DNA of 60,130 nucleotides from an uncultured Chromatiales bacterium (GTDB lineage: Bacteria; Bacteroidota; Ignavibacteria; SZUA-365). A model generated the notes under the pieces. It did not search any database, had not been told where the DNA came from, and saw nothing but the letters and a program-made list of their open reading frames with translations. The position numbers were made by a program, and so were the translations under genes. Below, piece after piece: positions 1 through 9,458 of this stretch. Location of the stretch: contig CAZWNO010000001.1 in assembly GCA_964635845.1 (NCBI GenBank), forward strand, positions 28,623 to 88,752, read 5' to 3'. The first letter of the stretch is position 1. The number at the start of each line of letters is the position of its first letter.

Positions 1-2
1 AA

Positions 3-98
3 GCCGGCTGCAACGCGTATTTCTCGAAACCTTTCCAGATCGAGGAATTGAAGAAGTCGATGGAAGCGCTGCTCCATTCCGAGGGCAGGCGCTCATAA
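3..98 (+). CDS. response-regulator receiver domain, C-terminal fragment (gene starts upstream of window)
   Basis: Frame 3 reads AGCNAYFSKPFQIEELKKSMEALLHSEGRRS*. The G..xY(L/F)xKPF..EL pattern is the typical end of CheY-like receiver domains. The TAA stop at 96-98 overlaps the stop of the convergent gene. Confidence 0.5.
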   Translation, partial: AGCNAYFSKPFQIEELKKSMEALLHSEGRRS

Positions 99-1508
99 CC
101 TCCGCGCGACGACAACGACGGTCTTCGCCGCAGCGACCGTGTTCATGTATGGATCGAGTCCCTCGAGCAGCGCCGTATATGCGCCGACACGTGCACGCCG
201 CCCTGCATCATCCATCCCGTCCCAGACTATGAAGCCTTCGCGTCCCATGGGCTGATTATTCATCAGCGTGGCGACCGGCCGGCCTTCCACGTCGTATATT
301 CTGAGCCGCACCTGATTGACGCTCGCCGGCAACGCGCAGCGGAACAGGCAATGATCTTCATGACCGTCGCCATCCGGTGAAAAGGGATTCGGAGCGACGG
401 AGACCGACGCGGCATCCGCGGCCGATCGCGGCGGGATGTCCGAGTAGATGGAATTCCTCATGCCCGGTGTGCCGCCTTCCGGTGCAGCGCAGGAACTCCA
501 GGCGATTCCTCCGAGCTCATGGAAAGCCGGATGCATGAGTTCGAGCGAGACACCCGTGCTGCTCGAGAGCAACGGATGGTGCCAATCCTCACGATACCAG
601 ATGCTGTCGATCGTCGTCTCCGCGACGTCGAGCAGCAGCAACTCGTCCTCGCTGTTGTCGAGCCCGAGCGTGCTGCGGTCCAGTATCAGCAGGAGCACTC
701 CAGAGGCGGAAACCAGGTTTGGAAAATCGAACAGCACACTCGAGTCCGAGGCAATCACGGCAAATCCGGAAGGGGGAACGGCGCCCGCATCGGGGGGCAA
801 AGTCATGCGTGGCCGGCTGCCGTGCGTGTCGCTCCTGCCCGCGAGCGACCACCGCGCAATGGAGATCGAATCCTGCATCGGATTGTACAATTCAATCCAC
901 TCACCGCGATCCGGCAAAGGCGCGGACAGCAGTTCATTGATGATGAGACTCGCGCGGGGAAGAGGCTCCGGCGGAGGCATGGAGGCGCTGTTCTGCCGGC
1001 CCGGCGTACCGCCGGCGGTCATCGTGCAGGCAGTCCAGTTCTCGCGCAGCGGTGCGAGGTCGCTGCGGATGCGCTCGGCCGATACGCCGCGCTTCGCGGA
1101 CCAGCTGCCCGCATAGGCCACGGAATCGGTGGTGCTGCCTGCGTCATTGCGCAGCACGAGATCATCGCCGCTGTTGTTGAGCGAGGGAAAATTCGACGGA
1201 AGAAGCACCGGTGCCGGCGGTGATTCCCAGCCGGGTGCCAGCGGCATGGATTGCGCGATGATGACATATCCGCCGGATGGAAGAATGACATCCTCGGTCG
1301 TCAGCACAGCTGTGCCCCCGCTCCTGTCGCTCAGCGTCCACCCCTTGATGCTGCATCCGGTCTGCCCCGGATTGAATAGTTCGATCCACTCGGCCGCTCC
1401 CGCCGAGGGAGCGAACATGATCTCATTGACGACAATCTGCTGCGCATGCAGCGTCGCTGCGAATAATAGCAGGAAAAGTTGAACGAAATGAGGAATGAAT
1501 CGCGTCAT
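93..1508 (-). CDS. secreted protein with two lamin-tail (LTD) domains and a T9SS type-B (CHU_C/gliding-type) C-terminal domain
   Basis: The internal Met at 1508 gives the signal peptide MTRFIPHFVQLFLLLFAATLHAQQ. There are two LTD-like modules (VVNEIMFAPS..AEWIELFNPG and LIINELLSAP..GEWIELYNP). The C-terminus NPFSPDGDGHEDHCLF...RIYDVEGRPV..WDG matches the PN.F.P.GDG.ND type-B sorting-domain pattern. The 835-aa ORF-track version is an upstream extension. Confidence 0.75.
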   Translation of the reverse strand: MTRFIPHFVQLFLLLFAATLHAQQIVVNEIMFAPSAGAAEWIELFNPGQTGCSIKGWTLSDRSGGTAVLTTEDVILPSGGYVIIAQSMPLAPGWESPPAPVLLPSNFPSLNNSGDDLVLRNDAGSTTDSVAYAGSWSAKRGVSAERIRSDLAPLRENWTACTMTAGGTPGRQNSASMPPPEPLPRASLIINELLSAPLPDRGEWIELYNPMQDSISIARWSLAGRSDTHGSRPRMTLPPDAGAVPPSGFAVIASDSSVLFDFPNLVSASGVLLLILDRSTLGLDNSEDELLLLDVAETTIDSIWYREDWHHPLLSSSTGVSLELMHPAFHELGGIAWSSCAAPEGGTPGMRNSIYSDIPPRSAADAASVSVAPNPFSPDGDGHEDHCLFRCALPASVNQVRLRIYDVEGRPVATLMNNQPMGREGFIVWDGMDDAGRRARVGAYTALLEGLDPYMNTVAAAKTVVVVARRL

Positions 1509-1652
1509 TGTGTGTCTCCCTGTTGGTGATGCGATCATGCAAGCTATCGACCTTGAAAACACGATTCCATGCAAAACGCCGTCGCATGGAGCGGGCCAGT
1601 GAGAGGTCGTTCGCACGAATTCGGCGGAACGACGAAGGAACAGAGAAATCTC

Positions 1653-1681
1653 TTGACAATGAACGGAATTCCCCCTACATT
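1653..1681 (+). promoter_or_regulatory. candidate promoter TTGACA-17-TACATT for the 1710 gene
   Basis: A perfect -35 hexamer lies at 1653-1658, followed by a 17-nt spacer and TACATT(TT) at 1676-1681, about 29 nt before the ATG. The same grammar recurs at six other gene starts in the window. Confidence 0.4.
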
Positions 1682-1709
1682 TTACCTGACTTGGAGTAAA
1701 CCACACGCC

Positions 1710-2114
1710 ATGAAACACTTCATCAGCATACTCTTTGCCGTTCTTCTGCTTGCGGGAAGCGCAATCAGCGGTGCGTTCCTGGAGTATTTCAATGGCAGGA
1801 GCGACGGAGACAATATCGTCCTTGAATGGAAGACCCGTTCGGAGTCGAGTCTGCTGCGCTATGAAATCCAGCGCAAGGCCGGTCAGTCCGGTGAGTTCGT
1901 CAGTCTTGCGACCGTCACGCCAAAGGGATCGAACTCGCTGTACAGCTATATCGATCGCTCCGCGTACAAGGATTCGGAAAGCATCTACGTGTATCGTCTC
2001 AGGATCGTGGAAAGCGCTTCCGGACCGTCCTCCTATTCCAACGAGATCACCGTTTCCCACAGTGTCAGCAGCGTCAAACGGACATGGGGAAGCATCAAGG
2101 CGATGTTCCGCTGA
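1710..2114 (+). CDS. small secreted Ig/Fn3-like protein, function unknown
   Basis: The internal Met gives the signal peptide MKHFISILFAVLLLAGSAISGA. The beta-rich body (VLEWKT..LLRYEIQRK..YSYIDRS..YVYRLRIVE) resembles Fn3-like modules. It has a basic C-terminus, SVKRTWGSIKAMFR. Confidence 0.6.
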   Translation: MKHFISILFAVLLLAGSAISGAFLEYFNGRSDGDNIVLEWKTRSESSLLRYEIQRKAGQSGEFVSLATVTPKGSNSLYSYIDRSAYKDSESIYVYRLRIVESASGPSSYSNEITVSHSVSSVKRTWGSIKAMFR

Positions 2115-2139
2115 GGACGATCGCACCGAAGATTTTCGA

Positions 2140-2168
2140 GGGCATGCCGCAAGACATGCCCTTTCTCG
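2140..2168 (+). terminator. intrinsic terminator after the 1710-2114 gene
   Basis: GGGCATG-ccgcaaga-CATGCCC forms a 7-bp stem followed by TTTCTCGT, 26 nt after the stop codon. Confidence 0.6.
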
Positions 2169-2204
2169 TATCATTGAATCACTCGTCGTATCGGGAGCCG
2201 GTTG

Positions 2205-3491
2205 ATGCGTCGTTCGGCAGTCCTTCCATTTCTGTTTCTCCTCGTCGCCTCCGGGTGCTCGGCACCGCTCGAGCGGCAGCTCCGAACCTCCACCGACACC
2301 GGAACGGGCCGAGAGCCGCGCATCCGCGTCTGCATCGCCGACCGAGCGCGGGAAATTGCGATCGGCATCCAGGACGGTGCGAGCCTGCTGACGACCGGCG
2401 GTCGCTATTCGCTTGACGGTTACCGCGAACTGCGCTGCAGGCTCGACACGGGCGGAACGATTCAGGTGCTCGTGGACGGGAAGCCGGCGCGCCGATTCCG
2501 GGGAGTGGCCCGATGCTTTTTCAAGCAGCCGGGATCTGTCTTCACGCTGAGCGATCGCATATACAGCGACACGCTCGTGATCGCTTCCGACGGCCAGCAT
2601 CTGTATGTCATCAATACGCTGCCGCTCGAGGAATACCTGAAAAGCGTCGTCCCGAGGGAGATCGGCCGGAACCGCAAGGAAGACGAGCAGTCAGCCGTGG
2701 AAGCGCAGGCCATCCTGGCGCGCACCTACGCTCTCGGGAAAATCATGCTTCCGCTCGCGCGGCTGTTCGACGTCTACGACGACACGCGAGACCAGGTGTT
2801 CGGCGGCATCGGCTCTCGTGACGAACTGGCGACACGGGCTGTCGAAAGAACGAAGGGACAGGTGCTCACGTATGGCGGGAAGCTGTCAGAGTGCTATTTC
2901 CATTCGACCTGCGGGGGACACACGGAAGCATCGTCGCTGGTCTGGCTGCGCCCGCAGTCGAAGCCGTATCTGACAGGTGGAAGGGATCGCGGCAATACGG
3001 GAGATTACTGCCGGATCTCGCCGTCGTACAGGTGGACCGAGGACTACTCGCGCGAGGAAATGGAAACCATCCTCCGCACCTTCCTCCCCTCGGCCAACGA
3101 TGCCATCCTGCCCACCGACATACCCGAATCGCGATGGTACCTGCTGGATTTGAACATCCTCAAACGCGGGAAGTCGGGACGCGTCACCACGCTGCAGGTC
3201 GTGATGGGAAACCGTCTGCAGCAGCGCGCCTATTATCTTCATGGGGATAAAGTCCGTTGGGGTTTGCGGCGGCCGGGGGGCGACCAGCCCCTGCGATCCA
3301 CTCTCTTTGACCTGGCGATCACCCGGAACGCTGCCAACTGGATCGAGCGCGTGCGCATCGAGGGCGGCGGAAACGGACACGGGGTCGGGATGTGTCAATG
3401 GGGTGCGATCGGGATGGCGCGGTCAGGACTTTCCTCCGGTGAAATCCTGCGCAGGTATTTTCCGGAAACCGAGCTGCTCCGGCTGTATTGA
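2205..3491 (+). CDS. SpoIID/LytB domain lipoprotein (peptidoglycan lytic transglycosylase family)
   Basis: Lipobox LLVASGC. Conserved SpoIID blocks are present: EEYLKSVVPREI, ALKAQ-like AVEAQAILARTYAL, YFHSTCGGHTE and GHGVGMCQWGA. Confidence 0.85.
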   Translation: MRRSAVLPFLFLLVASGCSAPLERQLRTSTDTGTGREPRIRVCIADRAREIAIGIQDGASLLTTGGRYSLDGYRELRCRLDTGGTIQVLVDGKPARRFRGVARCFFKQPGSVFTLSDRIYSDTLVIASDGQHLYVINTLPLEEYLKSVVPREIGRNRKEDEQSAVEAQAILARTYALGKIMLPLARLFDVYDDTRDQVFGGIGSRDELATRAVERTKGQVLTYGGKLSECYFHSTCGGHTEASSLVWLRPQSKPYLTGGRDRGNTGDYCRISPSYRWTEDYSREEMETILRTFLPSANDAILPTDIPESRWYLLDLNILKRGKSGRVTTLQVVMGNRLQQRAYYLHGDKVRWGLRRPGGDQPLRSTLFDLAITRNAANWIERVRIEGGGNGHGVGMCQWGAIGMARSGLSSGEILRRYFPETELLRLY

Positions 3492-3546
3492 CTGACAGGC
3501 GTGATGTCGGATCTCTCCGCCATGAAAAGACGAGAAAGAGTGTAAA

Positions 3547-3575
3547 TTGTAGATTTTTCACAATTTTCGTACTTT
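3547..3575 (+). promoter_or_regulatory. candidate promoter TTGTAG-17-TACTTT(TG) for glgA
   Basis: The site lies in an AT-rich island in an otherwise GC-rich context. The -10 region TACTTTTG matches the FCB-type TAnnTTTG element. The ATG is 45 nt downstream. Confidence 0.4.
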
Positions 3576-3619
3576 TGCATCTTGGTAGAGTCTCTCATTC
3601 ATTTTCCCCGGAGCAGTTT

Positions 3620-5107
3620 ATGGCGAAACCCATGAGTATTCTCTTCGTTTCCAGCGAAGTAGTTCCTTTCGCCAAAACGGGTGGACTGGCGGATGTTTCA
3701 GCCGCTCTCCCGCAAGTCGTGCGCGAACTCGGCCACGATATCCGCATCATCATGCCCAAATTCGCCGCTGTAAGTGATCGCAAATTCAAGATTCACGACA
3801 TCAAGCGTCTGACGGACATGCCCATCCAACTGGGTGAGCGCACGTTCCTGGCCAGTGTCAAAAGTTCATTCCTGACGAATATCAAGACGAAAGTCCAGGT
3901 CTATTTTCTCAGCAACGAGCAGCTCTACTGCCGCCCCGATCTCTATACCGATCCGAAGACGAAGATCGCATGGCCTGACAATGACGACCGCTTCATGTTT
4001 TTCTGTCGCGGGGTGATCGAAACGCTGATCCTGCTCGGTTGGAAACCCGATATCATTCATCTCAACGACTGGCAGACCGGCCTGATCGCGGCGCTGCTCA
4101 AGACGGAATACGCGAACGAGCCGCTGTTCAAAAACACGAAGGTCGTGTTCACGGTGCACAATGCGGCGTACCAGGGAATTTTCCCGAAGGAGTCCTTCGT
4201 GAAAACAGGTCTCCCCGCGAAAGCCTTCAAGATGGAGGGCGTGGAATACCACGGGGACGTGAACCTGCTGAAAGCCGGACTGATGTATGCCGATGCGATC
4301 ACGACAGTCAGTCCCACCTACGCCAAGGAAGTGCGCAGCACGAAGGAATACGGATACGGTCTCGAGGACGTGTTCAAGAAGAAGGCGAGGAAGACCGTCG
4401 GCATCCTCAACGGAATGGACATCCATCTCTGGAATCCGGAAGTCGACAAGGTCATTCCGAAAAACTATTCGGCACTGACACTTGAAGACAAGCTGGAGAA
4501 CAAGAAGGCACTGTGCGATCGCTTCAATCTTCCGTACGATCCGCGTGTGCCCGTCGTCGGAATCGTCTCGCGCCTGGCGGATCAGAAAGGTTTCGACCTC
4601 ATCGAAGAGAAGCTCGAAGAAATGATGAAGCTCGAACTGCAGCTTGTCGTGCTCGGTTCAGGGGAGAAGAGATACGAGGATCTGTTCACGAAAGCCGCCA
4701 GGAAGTTCAAGAAGAAAATCGGTGCGCATATCGGTTTCGACGAGGATCTGGCGCACCTTATCGAAGCGGGGGCCGATATGTTCCTCATGCCTTCGAAGTA
4801 CGAGCCTTGCGGACTGAACCAGATGTACAGCCTGCGCTACGGTACGCTTCCCATCGTGCGATCGACGGGCGGACTCACGGATACGGTCGAGGATCTCGAC
4901 CTCAAACCCAAGGCCGGCACCGGTTTCGTTTTCGAGAAATACAATGCGAAGCAGATGGTGGATGCAATCAAGCGCGCGCTCGCGGCATTCAGCGATGAAA
5001 AGATCTGGCATGCGGCCATGAAGCGCGCGATGGCGAAGGACTATTCATGGGATGCCTCCGCCCAGAAGTATATTGAGCTGTATAAAAACCTGCTCAAGAA
5101 GAAATAA
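3620..5107 (+). CDS. glgA: glycogen/starch synthase
   Basis: Start MAKPMSILFVSSEVVPFAKTGGLADV (the KTGGL motif). A GT5 glycogen synthase pattern runs throughout, with C-terminal PSKYEPCGLNQMY. A GGAG Shine-Dalgarno sits 7 nt upstream. Confidence 0.9.
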   Translation: MAKPMSILFVSSEVVPFAKTGGLADVSAALPQVVRELGHDIRIIMPKFAAVSDRKFKIHDIKRLTDMPIQLGERTFLASVKSSFLTNIKTKVQVYFLSNEQLYCRPDLYTDPKTKIAWPDNDDRFMFFCRGVIETLILLGWKPDIIHLNDWQTGLIAALLKTEYANEPLFKNTKVVFTVHNAAYQGIFPKESFVKTGLPAKAFKMEGVEYHGDVNLLKAGLMYADAITTVSPTYAKEVRSTKEYGYGLEDVFKKKARKTVGILNGMDIHLWNPEVDKVIPKNYSALTLEDKLENKKALCDRFNLPYDPRVPVVGIVSRLADQKGFDLIEEKLEEMMKLELQLVVLGSGEKRYEDLFTKAARKFKKKIGAHIGFDEDLAHLIEAGADMFLMPSKYEPCGLNQMYSLRYGTLPIVRSTGGLTDTVEDLDLKPKAGTGFVFEKYNAKQMVDAIKRALAAFSDEKIWHAAMKRAMAKDYSWDASAQKYIELYKNLLKKK

Positions 5108-5264
5108 CAGAAGCTCGGCAGGATTCCAATCCCGGAGATCGACCCCATGACGCGGTGTCAGGGAATTCTCCCTTGCCGGTGATAGGTGGGATGCAGTATT
5201 TTATCCCACTATTCCCGCCGGAAGCGGTTCCGGCAGCATAACGAATAAACAGGACCGCCCACAC

Positions 5265-6434
5265 GTGCGTATCGTCTCCGCTCTTGCTCTCTTTCTGCTG
5301 TTTCTGACGGCTTGCCAAAATGACCCCGATCCTACGGGAATAGGCCTGATCCCCGACGAAGACCTTATCGGAGCGCTGCGCTTCGACAGCCAGCGCGATT
5401 CCGCATCGATGCGGCATGCGACATACAGTTACCCGATGACGCATGCAGCGTCGACCGTGCTCTCCGTCGGAGCGGCCGATGGATTTGAGAGCCGTGCGCT
5501 GCTGCGCTGGCTGTATCTCCCGGACACGATCGGGAACGGCGGACGCATCGTTTCGGCGGTTATCCGGCTTCGTTCCCGCCCGTACAATATCGGCGGCAGT
5601 GCCGCTTCGTACCGCCTCGAGGCGAAAGAAATCACGAGTTTCTGGAACTCCTTCACGATCACGTCCGACAGTCTTCGCCTCGGGAAGCTGAAGTACGAGG
5701 CGACCCCGGCGGGCGTCTTCGAAGGAACCCTCGGAGAGACCGACAGTCTCGAGATGGCGATCGACAGCGTTCTGATCCGGAAGTGGCTTGTGAACAGTCA
5801 GGAAGGCAATTTCACGAAGAACTATGGCGTGCTGCTGGAAGCACCGGGAAGCGGGATCATACGCAGCTTCCAATCGCTTGAAATAGCGAATGCCAGTCCT
5901 CCGCGGCTGATCGTCGTCATGGAGACAGCCGGCAAGTTAGATACACTTTACGGTGACACCGGGGATGACACGTATATCGTGACAGGGGAGAAACGCGAGG
6001 ATGCCGAGCGCATTATCCTTCAAGGCGGTGTGTCGATTCGTGGAAACCTGTTCTTCGACGTCTCCGCCATCCCTCCCGCCAGCATCATCAATTACGCGAC
6101 GCTCTATCTGACGAAGGATCCCGGGCTCAGCACCCATTACTATCAGGGCGCGGATACCGTTCTCGTGTATGAGAACGTCGACAGCACGAAGAACACGCTT
6201 AGAAGCGGTGGAATCATTTCACGCACCGACGCCGCGATGCCCGGTGTATTCATCGCGGACGGAGTGCTGCTCACACGTGCGGTGCAGAGCTGGGTGAACG
6301 GCAAGGGGAATTACGGACTGATTCTCCTGGCCATGAACGAGAACACGGATCTTGACCGAATGGCCATCTACGGTGCGCACGCAGCGGCGGACAAGCGCCC
6401 GCGCCTTGTCGTGACCTATACTTCCCAACCCTGA
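5265..6434 (+). CDS. lipoprotein of unknown function (two-module, DUF4270/DNRLRE-like; tentative)
   Basis: GTG start. The signal/lipobox is LFLLFLTAC. Two similar halves each end in ..PRL(I/V)V(V/T). It lies directly downstream of glgA. The family assignment is from memory only. Confidence 0.6.
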   Translation: MRIVSALALFLLFLTACQNDPDPTGIGLIPDEDLIGALRFDSQRDSASMRHATYSYPMTHAASTVLSVGAADGFESRALLRWLYLPDTIGNGGRIVSAVIRLRSRPYNIGGSAASYRLEAKEITSFWNSFTITSDSLRLGKLKYEATPAGVFEGTLGETDSLEMAIDSVLIRKWLVNSQEGNFTKNYGVLLEAPGSGIIRSFQSLEIANASPPRLIVVMETAGKLDTLYGDTGDDTYIVTGEKREDAERIILQGGVSIRGNLFFDVSAIPPASIINYATLYLTKDPGLSTHYYQGADTVLVYENVDSTKNTLRSGGIISRTDAAMPGVFIADGVLLTRAVQSWVNGKGNYGLILLAMNENTDLDRMAIYGAHAAADKRPRLVVTYTSQP

Positions 6435-6439
6435 GCGAC

Positions 6440-7642
6440 ATGAAAAAAACCATCTTCGCATTGTTGTTGTGTACGAGTCTCGCCAGCGCGCAGAACGGCG
6501 GCACGATCGAGTCGCGCTTCGGGATCGGCGAACTGGACCTGATGGTGACGTCGCGTCAGCGCGGGATGGGGACGGCCGCAGCCGGGCTGCTGTCGGCCAC
6601 GGACATCAACAGCATCAATCCGGCAGCCTGGTCCGATGTACGGGAACTCCGTCTCCAGGGCGGCATGTCCTTCGAACATGTCACGATGTCCCATTCCGAT
6701 AACACCGTCAGCAGCGGAGCGATCAAGGGATTCCATTTCGTGATGCCACTCGAGGAAAGCCTGCGCCTTCGCCTCGGTTCCGCTATCATGCCTGTCAGCC
6801 GGTCCGTGTACAAAACCCTGGGATCCGGCACGATAGAAGGCGAGCCCTATACGGTCAACTATGAGGGCGCGGGCGGGATTTCGCTTTTCCGCGCGGGGCT
6901 CTCGGCCGAACCGCTGGCGCATGTGAAGATCGGCGCGGCGTATAATTACTATTTCGGTAATATCGACCAGAACTGGGAGCTGAGTTTCAAAAACGGATTG
7001 TGGTACTCGGCCAGGCAGACGCGTGCGACGAGCCACAGCGGATCGGGCTTCCTCCTGGGTCTGCTGTACGACGGCATCCGGGATGTCAGCATCGGAGTCG
7101 CGCTGCGCACCGCGGCCGCCCTCAATGCAACCCGTAACCTGGTGTACGAATACTCCACGGAGGATTCCACACTGACCGGTGCAAGCGGAACGCAGGACCT
7201 TCCCTCCATGCTTTCGGCCGGCATTTCCTGGCAGATGACCGACGAACTGCTCATCGCGGCCGATTACAGCAGGCAGGATTGGACAGAAGCGATCATGTTC
7301 GAGGGGAAACAAAGCGGACAGGGCGTTGCGTACAAATGGGCAGTGGGCGCAGAATGGTACCCATACAAGAATGACCCGGAAGCGCGCACATTGAGCCGGA
7401 CAGCGTTTCGTCTTGGATTCTACCTGCAGCAACCCTATGTGGCATTCGACAATCAATCTGGAACCGAACAATTCATCACCGCCGGTGTCGGTTTCCCCAT
7501 CTTTGGAAGCAATCGCGGCGATATCGCCGTGGAATACGGATGGCGAGGCAGTGAAACGCAGTCGCTGGGAACACAGAACATCCTGCGTCTCACGCTCTTC
7601 GTTACAGTTGGTGAGCCCTGGTTCGTACGCAGCCAGGACTAG
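6440..7642 (+). CDS. outer-membrane beta-barrel protein, PorV/FadL-like (putative T9SS-associated)
   Basis: Signal peptide MKKTIFALLLCTSLASAQ. The N-terminal block SRQRGMGTAAAGLLSATDINSINPAAW resembles the aRa.GMG..g.A...D..s..NPA motif of PorV/FadL-type barrels. The body shows an alternating beta-strand pattern and an aromatic-rich C-terminus. Confidence 0.6.
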   Translation: MKKTIFALLLCTSLASAQNGGTIESRFGIGELDLMVTSRQRGMGTAAAGLLSATDINSINPAAWSDVRELRLQGGMSFEHVTMSHSDNTVSSGAIKGFHFVMPLEESLRLRLGSAIMPVSRSVYKTLGSGTIEGEPYTVNYEGAGGISLFRAGLSAEPLAHVKIGAAYNYYFGNIDQNWELSFKNGLWYSARQTRATSHSGSGFLLGLLYDGIRDVSIGVALRTAAALNATRNLVYEYSTEDSTLTGASGTQDLPSMLSAGISWQMTDELLIAADYSRQDWTEAIMFEGKQSGQGVAYKWAVGAEWYPYKNDPEARTLSRTAFRLGFYLQQPYVAFDNQSGTEQFITAGVGFPIFGSNRGDIAVEYGWRGSETQSLGTQNILRLTLFVTVGEPWFVRSQD

Positions 7643-7676
7643 TATTCTTCGTTTTTCGACCCTGGAGGATAGCAGC

Positions 7677-8963
7677 ATGAACCGCCTTATGAACAAGCTC
7701 CTCGGAATCGTTGTTGTGCTTTTGCTGTCGGCACAGCCGATCACGGTGCTTGCGCAGAACGACAGCAGCCCGGATGAGACCGAACGCCTCCTCCGCCGCA
7801 ACTGGAGCCTTTTCCTCGAATACTTCAAGACGAACGATTTCAAGGCAGCGAAGATCGCAGGCTGGAAGATCATGGAGCTCAATCCCGCGCGCTTCAACAC
7901 ATTCCACACGAAGATGATCGACCTGTACGACACTCTCGCCACCCGCGCAGCGACACCGGAAGTGAAGAAGGGCGCAGCCGACACGATGATGTCGATCATC
8001 GACAATGCCATGCTGACTTTTCCGGACCGCAAGGCCGAGTTTTCGCTCATCAAAGGTTACCAGCTCGAACGCCAGTACACCGACCGAAGCATGGACGCGA
8101 TCCATGCGTACGAGGACGGCATCAATAGCGATTACGTGAATGCCGACATGTACTCGCTCATGCGCCTTGCTGTTCTGTATTCGAAAGATCCGGAACTGAA
8201 GCCCAAGGCGATCCAGGTGCTCCAGGCGATCCTTCTTCGCGATCCGAACAACGAAACGGCTCAGGGTCTGCTCAAGAGTCTCATGGAAAATCCGGAGGAG
8301 TACGTCGTCGTTCTCCGCGATGCCTACTACGCCGATCCGGAGAACGTCACGAAGCTGTATGAACTGGCCAATGGCTTCTACGAACTGGTACAGCAGTACG
8401 ACAGCGCGGCAGTGTACTTCGAGAAGCTGACGAAGCTCGCCCCCGACGTCAAGAATTACTGGCAGCGCTTCGGTGCCTGCTTGCTTTACCTCGAGAACTA
8501 CAAGCGCGCATCCGTGGCCTATCGGAAGGTGACAGAGCTGGATCCGGAATCCAGGGAAGCATGGCTGAATCTCGCCCGTTCGGTGCTCCAGGAAGGCAAG
8601 CTCTCCGAGGCACGAAACCATGCCGAGAAAGCCTCCGCCCTCGATCCCGCCTGGGGTCTGCCGCATATGGTCGTCGCCAACGCATACGAAATGGCCGTCT
8701 CACGCTGCGTCGAAGGCACGCGCGGCGGCTGGGCGAACATGAAGGTGATCGACAAGATGGTGTATCTGCTCGCGCAGAGCGAATACAGCCGCGCCGCGAA
8801 GGACCCGCAGGTCGAGGCCCAGGCGCGCGAGCGTTCCAGCCGTCTGAACAGCCTCACACCGACGGCCGAAGATCTTTTCGTCAACAAGATTCCCAAGGGC
8901 AAGCCATACTCGATCAACAAGGACTGCTACGGCTGGATCGGCCGCAGCGTCACGCCCAACTAG
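7677..8963 (+). CDS. secreted TPR-repeat protein
   Basis: The internal Met gives the signal MNRLMNKLLGIVVVLLLSAQPITVLAQ. There are multiple TPR-like A..Y/F..A....P repeats (e.g. ASVAYRKVTELDPESREAWLNLARSVLQEGKLSEARNHAEKASALDP). Confidence 0.75.
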   Translation: MNRLMNKLLGIVVVLLLSAQPITVLAQNDSSPDETERLLRRNWSLFLEYFKTNDFKAAKIAGWKIMELNPARFNTFHTKMIDLYDTLATRAATPEVKKGAADTMMSIIDNAMLTFPDRKAEFSLIKGYQLERQYTDRSMDAIHAYEDGINSDYVNADMYSLMRLAVLYSKDPELKPKAIQVLQAILLRDPNNETAQGLLKSLMENPEEYVVVLRDAYYADPENVTKLYELANGFYELVQQYDSAAVYFEKLTKLAPDVKNYWQRFGACLLYLENYKRASVAYRKVTELDPESREAWLNLARSVLQEGKLSEARNHAEKASALDPAWGLPHMVVANAYEMAVSRCVEGTRGGWANMKVIDKMVYLLAQSEYSRAAKDPQVEAQARERSSRLNSLTPTAEDLFVNKIPKGKPYSINKDCYGWIGRSVTPN

Positions 8964-8973
8964 GAGGATCTGC

Positions 8974-9405
8974 ATGATCGCCCTCGCCGCCGATCACGGA
9001 GGATACGGGTACAAGGAGCGCACCAAGGCCCTGCTCGACGCACTCGGTCTCGCGTGGAAGGACTTTGGCACGGACAGCGGAGAAAGCGTCGATTATCCCG
9101 ACTTCGCTCATGCGGCCGCCGCAGCCATCCAGAGCGGAGAATGCGATCGCGGGATCTTTTTCTGCGGCACCGGGATCGGCATCGGCATCGTCGCGAACAG
9201 GCATCGCGGGATCCGCGCCGCATCGTGCCAGGTCCCTGAAGCCGCGCGCATGTCGCGGCTGCACAACGACGCCAACGTGCTCGCGCTCGGCGAGCGCCTG
9301 ATCGATTGGGGACTGGCCGAACAGATGATCAGGATCTGGCTTGAAACACCATTCGAGGGCGGACGGCACGAACGCCGCATACGAAAAATCGAAATCGAAG
9401 AATAA
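8974..9405 (+). CDS. rpiB: ribose-5-phosphate isomerase B
   Basis: MIALAADHGGYGYKE..., the CGTGIGIGIVANR motif and the HNDANVLALGER motif are present. A strong AGGAGG Shine-Dalgarno sits 7 nt upstream. Confidence 0.9.
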   Translation: MIALAADHGGYGYKERTKALLDALGLAWKDFGTDSGESVDYPDFAHAAAAAIQSGECDRGIFFCGTGIGIGIVANRHRGIRAASCQVPEAARMSRLHNDANVLALGERLIDWGLAEQMIRIWLETPFEGGRHERRIRKIEIEE

Positions 9406-9408
9406 CAA

Positions 9409-9436
9409 AAACGTCCCGCCTCGCGCGGGACGTTTC
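9409..9436. terminator. bidirectional intrinsic terminator between rpiB and the Yip1 gene
   Basis: ACGTCCCGC-ctcgc-GCGGGACGT forms a 9-bp stem flanked by an A-run upstream and a T-run downstream, in a convergent spacer. Confidence 0.6.
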
Positions 9437-9458
9437 ACTTAAGTGATGCAATACCGGA

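Noticed and set aside
93-2600. Long N-terminal extensions of ORF-track entries (93-2600, 3488-5107, 7413-8963, 10344-13463, 17062-18282, 17867-19243, 40868-43867, 54365-56023 and others)
   Set aside because: In each case an internal start gives a canonical N-terminus, either a signal peptide or a conserved family start. The extension also overlaps a neighbouring gene, promoter or terminator.
5187-5232. Hairpins after glgA (GTGGGAT-n10-ATCCCAC and CCGGAA-gcgg-TTCCGG) as terminators
   Set aside because: They have short stems, a large loop or no U-tract. One overlaps the weak promoter-like box for the next gene. This is not convincing enough to annotate.
6416-8053. 545-aa ORF on the - strand. 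Similar long antisense ORFs lie at 38361-39485, 42608-43924, 16113-17654 and 11298-12530.
   Set aside because: Each overlaps a + strand gene that has signal peptides or family motifs. Their translations are low-complexity and Arg-rich. None was treated as a real gene.
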